Source of the DNA: an uncultured Rhodothermales bacterium
Lineage (GTDB): Bacteria > Bacteroidota > Rhodothermia > Rhodothermales > Rubricoccaceae
Direction: 5' to 3'
Length of the DNA: 64,000 nucleotides
NCBI GenBank assembly: GCA_964580105.1
Contig: CAZOJJ010000008.1
Coordinates: forward strand, 1,358-65,357
This document shows positions 18,541 to 26,776 of this stretch, one piece after another. Within the stretch, counting starts at the first letter, position 1, and each line of letters starts with the position of its first letter. The notes beneath the pieces are model-generated. The model saw only the letters and a list, made by a program, of their open reading frames with translations, made no database searches and was not told the DNA's origin. Made by a program: the position numbers and the translations under genes.

Positions 18541-20421
18541 CTACAGCAGCCGGCCCCGGTCGAGGCAGCGCTCCAGCCAGGCGTGCTTCCGCTCCAACTC
18601 GCGGAGGCTGAGCGCGCCCTGCGGCTTGGCCAGCACCCGCTTGGCCCGGGCGTGGACCTCGCGCACGTCCACCGCCTGCCCCCGGGCCTGGAGCGCGAAC
18701 GCCAGCTCCTTGGCGAGGTCGGCGCACCGGCGGCGGAGCGCGCGCTCCCTCTTCGCCACGTCCACGACCTGCGGGGCCTGCTCCTCGACCCGGGGCGGGG
18801 CCTGGTGGAAGGAGCGGCTGGAGCGGAGGTACCCCGGCATCTGCTCGAGCGAGTGGGTCCGGCGGTCGGCCTGGCGGACCTCGCGGAGCTCCCAGACCGA
18901 ATGGGCATCGGGCGGGGCCCCGCCCGGCGGGGCCGCCTCGCGCTCGGCGGCCCGGCGCTTCGAAACGCCGAGACGCTCCTCCTCGGCGATGCGCCGGAGG
19001 GTGTGGACGACGTCGGAGTCGTCGGCGGCGTAGAGGTCGCAGCGGTTGTGGGCCTCGGGCCAGCCCGCGTAGTAGCGCATCCCCCGGAACACCTGCTGCA
19101 TCGTCTTGGAGGGGGCGCGGACGAGGTCGGCCTTGACGATGACGGAGATCGGCTTGATGTCGGTGCCCTCGCCGATCATGTCCACCTGCACCATCACGTC
19201 CACGCGGCCGTCGCGGTAGGCCTCCAGGCGCTCCTCGCGCTCGATGGCGGGCACGTCCTGCCCGATCCGCGTGGCCGCGATGCCGGGGTAGCGGCGGTGG
19301 ATGAAGTCGAGGATGGCCGCCGCGTGGCGGTTGCTCATCGCGATGACGAGGAGCTGGTGCTGGCGGAGGCGGCCCTGCGCTGCCGCGCCCGGCATCGCCC
19401 GCCGGAGCGCGGCGCGCTTCTCGGCGAAGCGCTCGAAGGCGGGGCCGAGGAGCGTCTCGAGGTAGACCTCGTGGAAGCGGAGCTTCTGCCGGGCGAGGTA
19501 CACGTCCACGTCCTTCGCCGACTCGGCCTCCTCGCGGAGCGCCGAGAGCGTCATCGTCACCTCCTCGCCCGTGTCCTCGCGCATCATCCGGATGGCGTAG
19601 TCCACCACGTGGGCATCCACGCGCTTGAGGATGCGGCCCTCCTCGTGGGCGTCGCGCATCGAGACCTCGTGGAGGGCCTCGTAGTACTGGAAGCCCTCGG
19701 CGTCCTCGGTGAACGGCACGCCGAAGAGCGTCTTGTTGTCGCTGCGGACGGGCGTGCCGGAGAGGGCCACGCTGGCGGCGTGGGGGAACCGCTGGATGGC
19801 CTCGGCCCAGGTGCCGTCGCTCGCGAGGTGGTGGACCTCGTCGAAGACGAACAGCGCCCTGTTACGCCGGCAGTACTCGATGAGCGCCTCGTTGCCCCGT
19901 TCGCCGCTGGCGTACTGGTAGGTCGTGACGACGAGGTCCGTGTCGAGGTTCTTCAGGAAGACGCGGTCGGAGTCGGCCGTGCAGAACGAGAAGGGCGGCG
20001 CGCCGAGGCCGCGGAACACGTTCGCGAGCTCGACGGGGTCGGCGTACTGGTCGCGGAGGTTGCCGCGCGGGACGAACACGACGAGCCGGTCGGCCACGCC
20101 CATCGCGCGGGCCACGACGAACGCGGCCAGCGCCGTGATGGTCTTGCCGTAGCCGGGCACGAAGACGCCGAGGCCGGTGCGCTCGCCGCGCGCCAGCGCC
20201 TCGGCCCACCGTTCGAGGAAGACCTGCTGGCCGCGCCGGAAGCGGAAGCCGTCCTGGAGCCGGATGCCCGGCAGGGGCTCGGCCTCGGGGGTGGTTTCGA
20301 CGGGTTCGGAGAAGGGCGACGGTGTACCGGGGGGGGACGACACCGGGGACGCTACGGGTTCGCTCGCACGGAGGGGGACGCCCGCCGCCGTTCGGGCGGC
20401 GGGGGGCGGAACATACCACAC
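18541..20421 (-). CDS. Superfamily-2 helicase (ResIII/DEAH-like) with an uncharacterised C-terminal extension
   Basis: Walker A VPGYGKTITAL, motif II FVFDEVHHL, SGTP (motif III), and a second RecA lobe (VQVDMIGEGTDIKPISVIV...QQVFRGMRY). It is followed by about 150 aa of charged, helix-like sequence with no motif I recognise. The start is uncertain: GTG 20421 or GTG 20343. The track start at 20682 would overlap the divergent gene. Confidence 0.8.
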   Translation of the reverse strand: MWYVPPPAARTAAGVPLRASEPVASPVSSPPGTPSPFSEPVETTPEAEPLPGIRLQDGFRFRRGQQVFLERWAEALARGERTGLGVFVPGYGKTITALAAFVVARAMGVADRLVVFVPRGNLRDQYADPVELANVFRGLGAPPFSFCTADSDRVFLKNLDTDLVVTTYQYASGERGNEALIEYCRRNRALFVFDEVHHLASDGTWAEAIQRFPHAASVALSGTPVRSDNKTLFGVPFTEDAEGFQYYEALHEVSMRDAHEEGRILKRVDAHVVDYAIRMMREDTGEEVTMTLSALREEAESAKDVDVYLARQKLRFHEVYLETLLGPAFERFAEKRAALRRAMPGAAAQGRLRQHQLLVIAMSNRHAAAILDFIHRRYPGIAATRIGQDVPAIEREERLEAYRDGRVDVMVQVDMIGEGTDIKPISVIVKADLVRAPSKTMQQVFRGMRYYAGWPEAHNRCDLYAADDSDVVHTLRRIAEEERLGVSKRRAAEREAAPPGGAPPDAHSVWELREVRQADRRTHSLEQMPGYLRSSRSFHQAPPRVEEQAPQVVDVAKRERALRRRCADLAKELAFALQARGQAVDVREVHARAKRVLAKPQGALSLRELERKHAWLERCLDRGRLL

Positions 20422-20500
20422 CCTCGGAGCCGCTGCGCGTGTCACACGGGACCGCGCGGACACGCGCGGCGTAGACGGGGCGAACTCGCTCTCTGCTTCT

Positions 20501-20989
20501 GTGCGCCCCGCCTTTCTCCTCCTGACCTTCGCGTTTTTCGGGTGCGACTCCGACGAGCCCACCCCGCCCGTCTCGGCGTACGTCGAGGCGCAGATCGGCG
20601 GGGCGGCGTGGGAGGCCGACACCGTCGCCGCCTCGGCCGACGCGCTGGCGCTCGTGCTCTGGGGCCGGAAGAACCGCGTCACCGACGGCTTCTTCTGCCG
20701 CCCCGAACCGTGCGAGGAGCTGGCGTTCGACGTGCGCCCGCCGCCGTCCGGCGCGGTGGCCTACCCGCTGACAGGGCTCTCTCGCGCCACCTTCACGGTG
20801 GCCGACGGGGACGAGGTCCTCCGGTCCTACACCAGCGTGGAGGGGCAGGGCCAGCTGGTCGTAGAAGAGGCCGAGGGCGGGTGGCTCGCCGGCACCTTCG
20901 CCCTCGACCTCGTCAACGACGGCGACGCGGCGGACACGCTCCGCATACGGGGTGGGCGCTTCCGCGTGCCGTTCGTTCCGGGTGGCTAG
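20501..20989 (+). CDS. Small lipoprotein, function unknown
   Basis: GTG 20501 gives VRPAFLLLTFAFFGCDSD (lipobox). The C-terminal motif GWLAGTFALDL...IRGGRFRVPF is shared with the lipoprotein at 26034..26576. Confidence 0.7.
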   Translation: MRPAFLLLTFAFFGCDSDEPTPPVSAYVEAQIGGAAWEADTVAASADALALVLWGRKNRVTDGFFCRPEPCEELAFDVRPPPSGAVAYPLTGLSRATFTVADGDEVLRSYTSVEGQGQLVVEEAEGGWLAGTFALDLVNDGDAADTLRIRGGRFRVPFVPGG

Positions 20990-21546
20990 AGCCGCACCAG
21001 CTCGACGCGCCGGTTCTGCTGGCGGCCTTCCGGTGCGGCGTTGTCGGCCACCGGCTGCGTCTGCCCGAGGCCGACGGCCTCGAGCCGGTTCGCCGCGATG
21101 CCCTGGCGCACGAGGTAGGCGCGGACGGCGTGGGCGCGCCGCTCGGAGAGCGTCTGATTCGAGGCCGCGTTGCCGGTGTCGTCCGTGTGGCCCTCGATGC
21201 GGAGGCGCAGGTCCGGGTGCTGCTGGAGCATCTGCGTCATCTCCTGGAGGGTCGGGGTGGAGACGGGGCGGATCTGAGCGCTGCCGGTGGTGAAGAAGAT
21301 GCCCTGCGTGGCGACGCGTCCCTCGGCCATGAGCGCGTCGTAGAGCGAGAGCTCACTCTCGGCGATGCGGATGGGCCCGATGTACATCGGGCTCCGCTCG
21401 CTCGCCCCATAGAGGACCTCGACGTGGAGCGCCTCCGTGCGGGGGAGCACGGCGTTAGGAATGTTGGCCACCCGGTTCGCGCCGACGAACGTCTTGACGT
21501 ACTCGCCCTCGAGCGCCTCGCGGAGGGGGGCGACTAACGCGTCCAC
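20986..21546 (-). CDS. OmpA-family C-terminal domain protein; apparently 5'-truncated (no signal peptide)
   Basis: Clear OmpA_C motifs: FFTTGSAQIRP...LRIEGHTDDTGNAASNQTLSERRAHAVRAYL...NRRVELVRL. The only in-frame start before the M1 peptidase gene body is GTG 21546, giving 186 aa without an export signal. Further upstream the frame is shadow sequence. Confidence 0.6.
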   Translation of the reverse strand: MDALVAPLREALEGEYVKTFVGANRVANIPNAVLPRTEALHVEVLYGASERSPMYIGPIRIAESELSLYDALMAEGRVATQGIFFTTGSAQIRPVSTPTLQEMTQMLQQHPDLRLRIEGHTDDTGNAASNQTLSERRAHAVRAYLVRQGIAANRLEAVGLGQTQPVADNAAPEGRQQNRRVELVRL

Positions 21547-23519
21547 GCGTCGTTGCTCCGGTCCATGTCGGGCAGGAGGCGGTCGGGGTCGAGCGTGACG
21601 GAGCGTACGTCCGGCCCGGCGCCGAGCGTGGCCGTGTCGCTCAGGAAGAACGCCTCGACGGGGAGGCGCAGCGTCTCGGCGCGCCCGTCGTCGTACGTGA
21701 CTGCGACGGGGACGGGGAAGACGAGGCCGCCCCGGTTCTCGACCGTGATCGTCGTGCCCGCCTCGCCCGCCTCGACGGACGCGACGGCGACGTCGAACGA
21801 GTCGGTCGTCATGAACCAGCCGCGCCAGAACCAGTCGAGGTCCTCGCCGGCCACGTCCTCGATGGTGCGAAAGAGGTCGGCCGGCTGGGGGTGCTTGTAG
21901 GCCCAGCGGCGGATGTATGCGCGGAAGGCGTCGTCGAAACGCTCCTCGCCGAGGACGACGTGGCGGAGGATCTGGAGCCCTTTGGCCGGCTTGCGGTAGG
22001 CGAGCCAGCCGAGCGACTCGCGGCGGAGCTGGTCGGGGTACGTCATCAAGGCCTGGTCGGCGGCGTAGGGCTCGTTGAAGTAGTCGCGCGTGGCCTCGTC
22101 GCCGGTCAGGCGGATCATGCGGACCTCGTCCGCCCGTCCGTATCCGGGCTGCCCGGGGCGGCGCTGCTCGTCGTAAAAGACGCGGCCGGAGACGGTGTTG
22201 AGGAACGTGTTGAGCCCCTCGTCCATCCACGCGTGCCGCCGCTCGTCGGAGCCGACGATCATCGGAAACCAGTTGTGGCCGAGCTCGTGGTCGAGGGTGC
22301 CCCAGAGGCCCATGTGGCGGGACTCGGCCGACGTGAACTGGATCATCGGGTACTCCATCCCGCCCACGATGCCGCCGACGGAAATGGCGACGGGGTACGG
22401 GTAGGGGTACCAGACGGAGTTGTTGAGGATGCTGTAGCGGCCGTAGAGGGCGGCCTCCTCCCAGCCGGGCTCCTCGGGCGTGCCGAGCCCCTCGTGCGGG
22501 TACGCCGCCAGCACGAGCACGTCGTTCGTCGTCCCGTCCAGTTGCTCGACCGCCGCGCCGGTGCCGTCGAGGATGAAGGCGGCCGAGCCAGCCCAGGCGA
22601 AGTCGCGTACGTTCTCGGCGCGGAAGCGCCACGTCAGCGTGCCGTCCATCGCCGGGCGGCTCTCGGGCGTGCCCACCTCGTCGGGCGCGACGATGGGGAC
22701 GGTGGCGGCGGCCGTCCGGGCGCGGGCGAGGCGTTGTTGCTGAGCGGGCGTGAACACCTCGGTCTCGTTCTGGAGCGCGCCCGTGGCCACGACGGTCATC
22801 GAGGCGGGCAGGGTCAGGCTCACGTCGAAGTCGCCGTAGTCGAGGTAGAACTCACCCTGGCCGAGGTAGGGCATCGCGTTCCACCCGTTGACGTCGTCGA
22901 AGACGGCGACGCGGGGGAACCACTGGGCGAACTCGTAGACGGTCCCGCGCGCGGCCTCGAAGCGGCCCATCCGGTCGGACCCGTACTCGGGCGAGACGAA
23001 CGCGTAGGGGATCGTGAGCGTGAGCGTGCCGCCGTTGGCCGGGAGCGGCTGGTGGAGCGCGACGCGCATTCGGGTGTCGTCCACCCACGTCGCCGGTTCG
23101 TAGCGCCGCCCGTCCTGGGCGACGGTGACCGTGCCGAGGTCGTAGCCGCCTTCGGCGAAGGCGCCGCGCCAGCGGGAGTCGGCCGGGAGGAGGGCCGCGC
23201 CGCGGCTGTCGGGCGCGAAGAGGTTCTGCTCCAGGTGGAGCCAGAGGTGGTCGAGCGCCTGCGGGCTGTGGTTCGTGTACGTCAGCGTGACCGTGCCCTC
23301 GATGCGGTGATCGGTGGTGTCGAGGCTCGCTTCGATGCGGTAGTCGGCCTCGTTCTGCCAGTAGGCCGGGCCGGGCGCGCCGTTGGCGGCGCGGTACGGG
23401 TTGGGCGTGGGGAGGTCCAGCGGTGCGAAGGCGGTGTTGTTCGTCTCGGGCAGCGGCTGGGCCGAGGCGGGGAGGACGAGGGCGACGAGCAGCGCCAGCG
23501 GCGCGAAGCGGTGGAGCAT
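21534..23519 (-). CDS. M1-family zinc metallopeptidase (aminopeptidase N-like), secreted
   Basis: Signal peptide MLHRFAPLALLVALVLPASAQ, zinc motif HELGHNWFP...WMDEGLNTF, and a GxMEN-like GGMEYPM. Confidence 0.9.
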   Translation of the reverse strand: MLHRFAPLALLVALVLPASAQPLPETNNTAFAPLDLPTPNPYRAANGAPGPAYWQNEADYRIEASLDTTDHRIEGTVTLTYTNHSPQALDHLWLHLEQNLFAPDSRGAALLPADSRWRGAFAEGGYDLGTVTVAQDGRRYEPATWVDDTRMRVALHQPLPANGGTLTLTIPYAFVSPEYGSDRMGRFEAARGTVYEFAQWFPRVAVFDDVNGWNAMPYLGQGEFYLDYGDFDVSLTLPASMTVVATGALQNETEVFTPAQQQRLARARTAAATVPIVAPDEVGTPESRPAMDGTLTWRFRAENVRDFAWAGSAAFILDGTGAAVEQLDGTTNDVLVLAAYPHEGLGTPEEPGWEEAALYGRYSILNNSVWYPYPYPVAISVGGIVGGMEYPMIQFTSAESRHMGLWGTLDHELGHNWFPMIVGSDERRHAWMDEGLNTFLNTVSGRVFYDEQRRPGQPGYGRADEVRMIRLTGDEATRDYFNEPYAADQALMTYPDQLRRESLGWLAYRKPAKGLQILRHVVLGEERFDDAFRAYIRRWAYKHPQPADLFRTIEDVAGEDLDWFWRGWFMTTDSFDVAVASVEAGEAGTTITVENRGGLVFPVPVAVTYDDGRAETLRLPVEAFFLSDTATLGAGPDVRSVTLDPDRLLPDMDRSNDAWTR

Positions 23520-23599
23520 GAGGGGCGGGATCCGCGAGCGAAAGGGGTAGCGGGTTCCCAACGTCGGAGGCGCACGGAGGGTTGCCCACGCGGCTGTGA

Positions 23600-23806
23600 T
23601 TTCGGATCGCGCTCCGTTTCATGGCCGTTCTCCAGGTCTACGCCGTCCGAGGTTGCCTCGTCCAGTCGGCTGACCTCGGCGCGCTCCCGGCCGGGCCGCA
23701 CAGCGTCGCCCTCAACGCGTCGGGCCTCGCGCCGGGGTTCTACCCCATCCGTCTCGGGACGGCCTCGGGGCAGCAGGCCGCGCGGCGGCTCCTGCGCGTC
23801 GAGTAG
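23600..23806 (+). pseudogene. Orphan 3' remnant of a T9SS cargo gene (second half of a Por/T9SS C-terminal sorting domain)
   Basis: VLQVYAVRGCLVQSADLGALPAGPHSVALNASGLAPGFYPIRLGTASGQQAARRLLRVE follows the CTD pattern (VYD.xGR.V....L.AG.H.....A..L.SGVY.YRL........K..L.). Compare the intact CTD at the end of 49090..51021. An in-frame TGA at 23597-23599 lies just upstream, and there is no cargo domain. Confidence 0.5.
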
Positions 23807-23826
23807 CCGCGAAGCTTCGCCGTCGG

Positions 23827-24198
23827 CTACTCGACCGTCACCGTTACTTCTGCCTCGCTCGTCCGGGGGACCTCGACCTCGAAGGGCGACTCGTCGGAGG
23901 CCCAGTACGTGAAGTGATCCGTGCCGGTGAAACCGGGCGCCGGGGTGTAGACGAGGCGGGCGTAGCCGTCGTCGTCCCACGTCGTCTCGACCTGCCCCCC
24001 CTGCTCCGAGGTGTGGTCGTAGCTGACGATGGTGAGGTTGTCGCCGTCGTCGTTGGCCAGCACGTCGATGGTGACGGATTGGCCGGGGGAGGTGGAGGCG
24101 GTGTCGTCGTGAGCCTCAAAGCCGCCGAGGCCGAGGAGGTCGCAGGCGGAGAGGGCGAGGAGGGCGGTGAGGCTCAGGGCGAGGGGGAGGATGCGCAT
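23827..24198 (-). CDS. Small lipoprotein with one cadherin/Ig-like (VCBS-type) domain
   Basis: Lipobox LLALSAC, then SVTIDVLANDDGDNLTIVSYD...GYARLVYTPAPGFTGTDHFTYWASD, the usual motif of bacterial cadherin-like repeats. Confidence 0.7.
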   Translation of the reverse strand: MRILPLALSLTALLALSACDLLGLGGFEAHDDTASTSPGQSVTIDVLANDDGDNLTIVSYDHTSEQGGQVETTWDDDGYARLVYTPAPGFTGTDHFTYWASDESPFEVEVPRTSEAEVTVTVE

Positions 24199-24267
24199 GG
24201 GAAGCCGAAGGGTTGTGCGAGAGTTAGGGCCACGGCCGACAGCAGCGCGCAGAGGATTCTGGGGAAA

Positions 24268-25320
24268 TCACTCTCCCACGCTGGAGACAGGATGTGAGGT
24301 GAAATGCGCGGCGGTGGCTGGGGGAACTGTGAACTGGAACGAGGCCGACGCGCTCGCACCCCCACTGGACAGCTGGAGCCGGCCCTCAACGCGCTGGCCG
24401 GGCTGGAGAGCCTCAAACCCTGGACCGGAGAGGGTCACGTCATAGGTGAGACTACCCTGCGCTGCCGCCGTCGCGATGCTCACGTAGATCCGCTGAATGG
24501 CTGTGGGGTCGTTGGGAGCGATGCCTGCATAGGCCGCGCCGGTGCAGTTGGCGATGGCCCGCATCTCTTCGACGGCGGCGGGGTCGGCATCGGGGGAGAG
24601 GTCCGAGGCCGGCCCGAGGCCGATGGCAAAAATCGGGACGCCCAGGCGAACGGCCTCTTGACACACCTCGTCACGACGGTGGGCGTCGTTTGGCTGCCCA
24701 TCCGAAAAGAGGACGATGGCCTTGCGGAGGGAGGGTGCCGACCTCGGCCCACTAGCAAACTCAAACAGCGTTTTTCTGAGGGCATAATACGTATTCGTCC
24801 CCCCAGAGGCCCCGATTTGCTCGATGCCTTGGCGAAGGCGAGTGAGGTCCGACAGAAAAGGTGCTCGCATTTGCCAGTTGCTGCTGTAGCTGTAGACGGC
24901 CGCTTGCCAATCGAGGCCGGGCGTCTGTGCAAGGTGCTCCACGAAATCGATGGCGCCGGCGACACGGAGCCGGAGGGGGTCCGTATCGCGCATGCTCCCA
25001 CTTTCATCGATCACGAGCGCTACGCGGAGGGGCTGGTCTGAAGCCGGGTCGGCCCGCCCGAACTGGGCAGTCGCGTCGACGCCGCCTGGCGTAGCGACGG
25101 CAACCTCCGCCTCGACACCCTCGTCCAGGATGGAGGCGCCTTCCTCATCGAGGGGCGTCGCGACGATTTCGAAGGCGCCGGTATCCAGAAAGTCCAGCGA
25201 GACGCGCGTCCCGATGAGGAGCACCTCGTTCACGGCGGGGCCGCTGCGGAAGAGGTCACAGCCCGGCAGCGCGAACAGGCTCGCACCGAGCACGGCAAAG
25301 ACGATGGGGGAACGAATCAT
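24268..25320 (-). CDS. von Willebrand factor type A (VWA) domain lipoprotein
   Basis: Lipobox FALPGC, MIDAS motif VALVIDESGSM, later GGTNTYYAL and IVLFSDGQPND. ATG 25320 is in frame with track ORF 24268..26037. Confidence 0.85.
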   Translation of the reverse strand: MIRSPIVFAVLGASLFALPGCDLFRSGPAVNEVLLIGTRVSLDFLDTGAFEIVATPLDEEGASILDEGVEAEVAVATPGGVDATAQFGRADPASDQPLRVALVIDESGSMRDTDPLRLRVAGAIDFVEHLAQTPGLDWQAAVYSYSSNWQMRAPFLSDLTRLRQGIEQIGASGGTNTYYALRKTLFEFASGPRSAPSLRKAIVLFSDGQPNDAHRRDEVCQEAVRLGVPIFAIGLGPASDLSPDADPAAVEEMRAIANCTGAAYAGIAPNDPTAIQRIYVSIATAAAQGSLTYDVTLSGPGFEALQPGQRVEGRLQLSSGGASASASFQFTVPPATAAHFTSHPVSSVGE

Positions 25321-25358
25321 GACGCAGAAGGGCGAGACCGGCCGGGGGGCGAGGCCCC

Positions 25359-25895
25359 TCAGAACCGGTAGTGGATGCCGCCGCCGTAGCTCAGCGCCGA
25401 GAACCCGCCGTAGGTCTCGAACCCGACGAACGCCAGCCCCACCTCGGCGCTGAGCGTGATGGGCAGGAACGGCTCGCCGGGGGCGCCGAGGAGTTGCTCG
25501 AGGAAGGCCTCGGCGCCCACGCCGACCGACGCCCCGGGCACCGACTCCCCGACGCCCAGGAAGCTGTAGTGCCACACGCCGCCGCCGCCGTAGGCGTAGA
25601 GGTCGTAGTCCCCGTCGCGGCGGTAGCGGTAGAGCACGCGGCCTCCGACGTTGGTCAGGTTCCCCATAAAGTCCGCCACGCCCTCGGCGGTCAGCTTCTC
25701 GTTGAGGTGGTACTGGAGGCTGAGGCCGTAGGTGGGCCACGAGCTCTGGAGGCCGGCGCTGAACCGAGCGGCACGAGAAGGAGAGTCCTCCACGGTCGGT
25801 GGGTTCTCGGGCGTTTGTGCTCGCGCGGTGTCTGGCGCCGCCGCGAAGGCCAGCGCGACGAGCGCAAGGAGGAGGTGGGAGTAGAGACGGTTCAT
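25359..25895 (-). CDS. Small outer-membrane beta-barrel protein
   Basis: Signal peptide MNRLYSHLLLALVALAFAAAPDTARAQ, alternating aromatic/Gly-rich strands, and a C-terminal GGGIHYRF ending in Phe. Confidence 0.7.
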   Translation of the reverse strand: MNRLYSHLLLALVALAFAAAPDTARAQTPENPPTVEDSPSRAARFSAGLQSSWPTYGLSLQYHLNEKLTAEGVADFMGNLTNVGGRVLYRYRRDGDYDLYAYGGGGVWHYSFLGVGESVPGASVGVGAEAFLEQLLGAPGEPFLPITLSAEVGLAFVGFETYGGFSALSYGGGIHYRF

Positions 25896-26033
25896 GGCAG
25901 GTGGGGCGGGTGAGTGTGAATGGGAAGGCGCCGGGTGGCTCCGGCGTGCGGAAAAATGCTGGCCAGGAACGGAAGTCGAAGTTGGGCTCACCGGAGCAAG
26001 ACCACCTCCTCATCCAGCGAGTTCGTACTGCGA

Positions 26034-26576
26034 TCAATCGCCATCCGAATCATCGTCCAAGGGGGATCTGAATGCTCCACTGACGTTCACGATCTGGCCC
26101 TCTGTACCGAGGACCGGCCCTTGGAACTCGAACGTTCCCTCCGCCCAATCATCCGACAGCATTGTGATCTCAACATGACCGGTGCTACCGGGGGCATCAG
26201 GGCCACTGATAACCTGCACTCCATTATAAATCAGGCCGAAGGTGCCATATTCGCCCAGGTCGTAAGTGGAGCCGGCATCAATGTGGTCGAGAGTTGTGAG
26301 TTGGAGTACGATAGAATTGGTAATGGATTCGGGGTCGGTAAGAAATAGGTGCAATAAATTAAAAGATTTAGGATTAGGTTCCGAGGAGATCGTTCCAGCA
26401 GCGTGTCCATTGTCCCAGGAGCCAGTCACAGCTCCAGAGAGCGTGGCCTCGCTGTAACCAAACTCGGCCTCGTCATCGTTTCTACCCCGATCAACGGCGC
26501 TATCGTCACAAGAGGAGAGCGTCAAAGAGAACATGAGCAGGGTGCAGAGCCAAGCGAGAGAGATAGATCTGGTCAT
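26034..26576 (-). CDS. Lipoprotein of unknown function; compositionally atypical (low G+C)
   Basis: Lipobox LTLSSC. C-terminal motif DWAEGTFEFQG...VSGAFRSPL. The gene and its 5' flank are visibly much more A+T-rich than their surroundings. Confidence 0.75.
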   Translation of the reverse strand: MTRSISLAWLCTLLMFSLTLSSCDDSAVDRGRNDDEAEFGYSEATLSGAVTGSWDNGHAAGTISSEPNPKSFNLLHLFLTDPESITNSIVLQLTTLDHIDAGSTYDLGEYGTFGLIYNGVQVISGPDAPGSTGHVEITMLSDDWAEGTFEFQGPVLGTEGQIVNVSGAFRSPLDDDSDGD

Positions 26577-26776
26577 GACTGGCTTGGAGTTGCTGGGAAA
26601 TCGCACCGCTAGTGGTGACGGCTGGCGTCTGTTACTGTAGAGGGAGCTCTCGAGTGTTGCGAGCGCCTGGCGCCCTTGCTGTCGCAAGCTCCCGCGCCGG
26701 TTTCTGCTCATCCCGCCAATCCGGGTGCGGAATCCGTCCCGTCGGATAACCCGCCCGCCGCGTCGCATCCCGCGCC

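Noticed and set aside
15500-20421. Calling the helicase-nupC-lysozyme-RuvC block a prophage or mobile element.
   Set aside because: There is no integrase, transposase, capsid, tail or portal gene, no flanking direct repeats and no compositional shift. nupC is a normal cellular gene. Only the lysozyme/RuvC pair is phage-like.
20435-20467. A 9-bp inverted repeat (gcgcgtgtc N15 gacacgcgc) in the helicase/lipoprotein divergent region, considered as an operator.
   Set aside because: It is plausible, but short G+C-rich inverted repeats arise easily by chance at this composition, and there is no cognate regulator nearby. It may also lie inside the helicase coding region if an upstream start is used.
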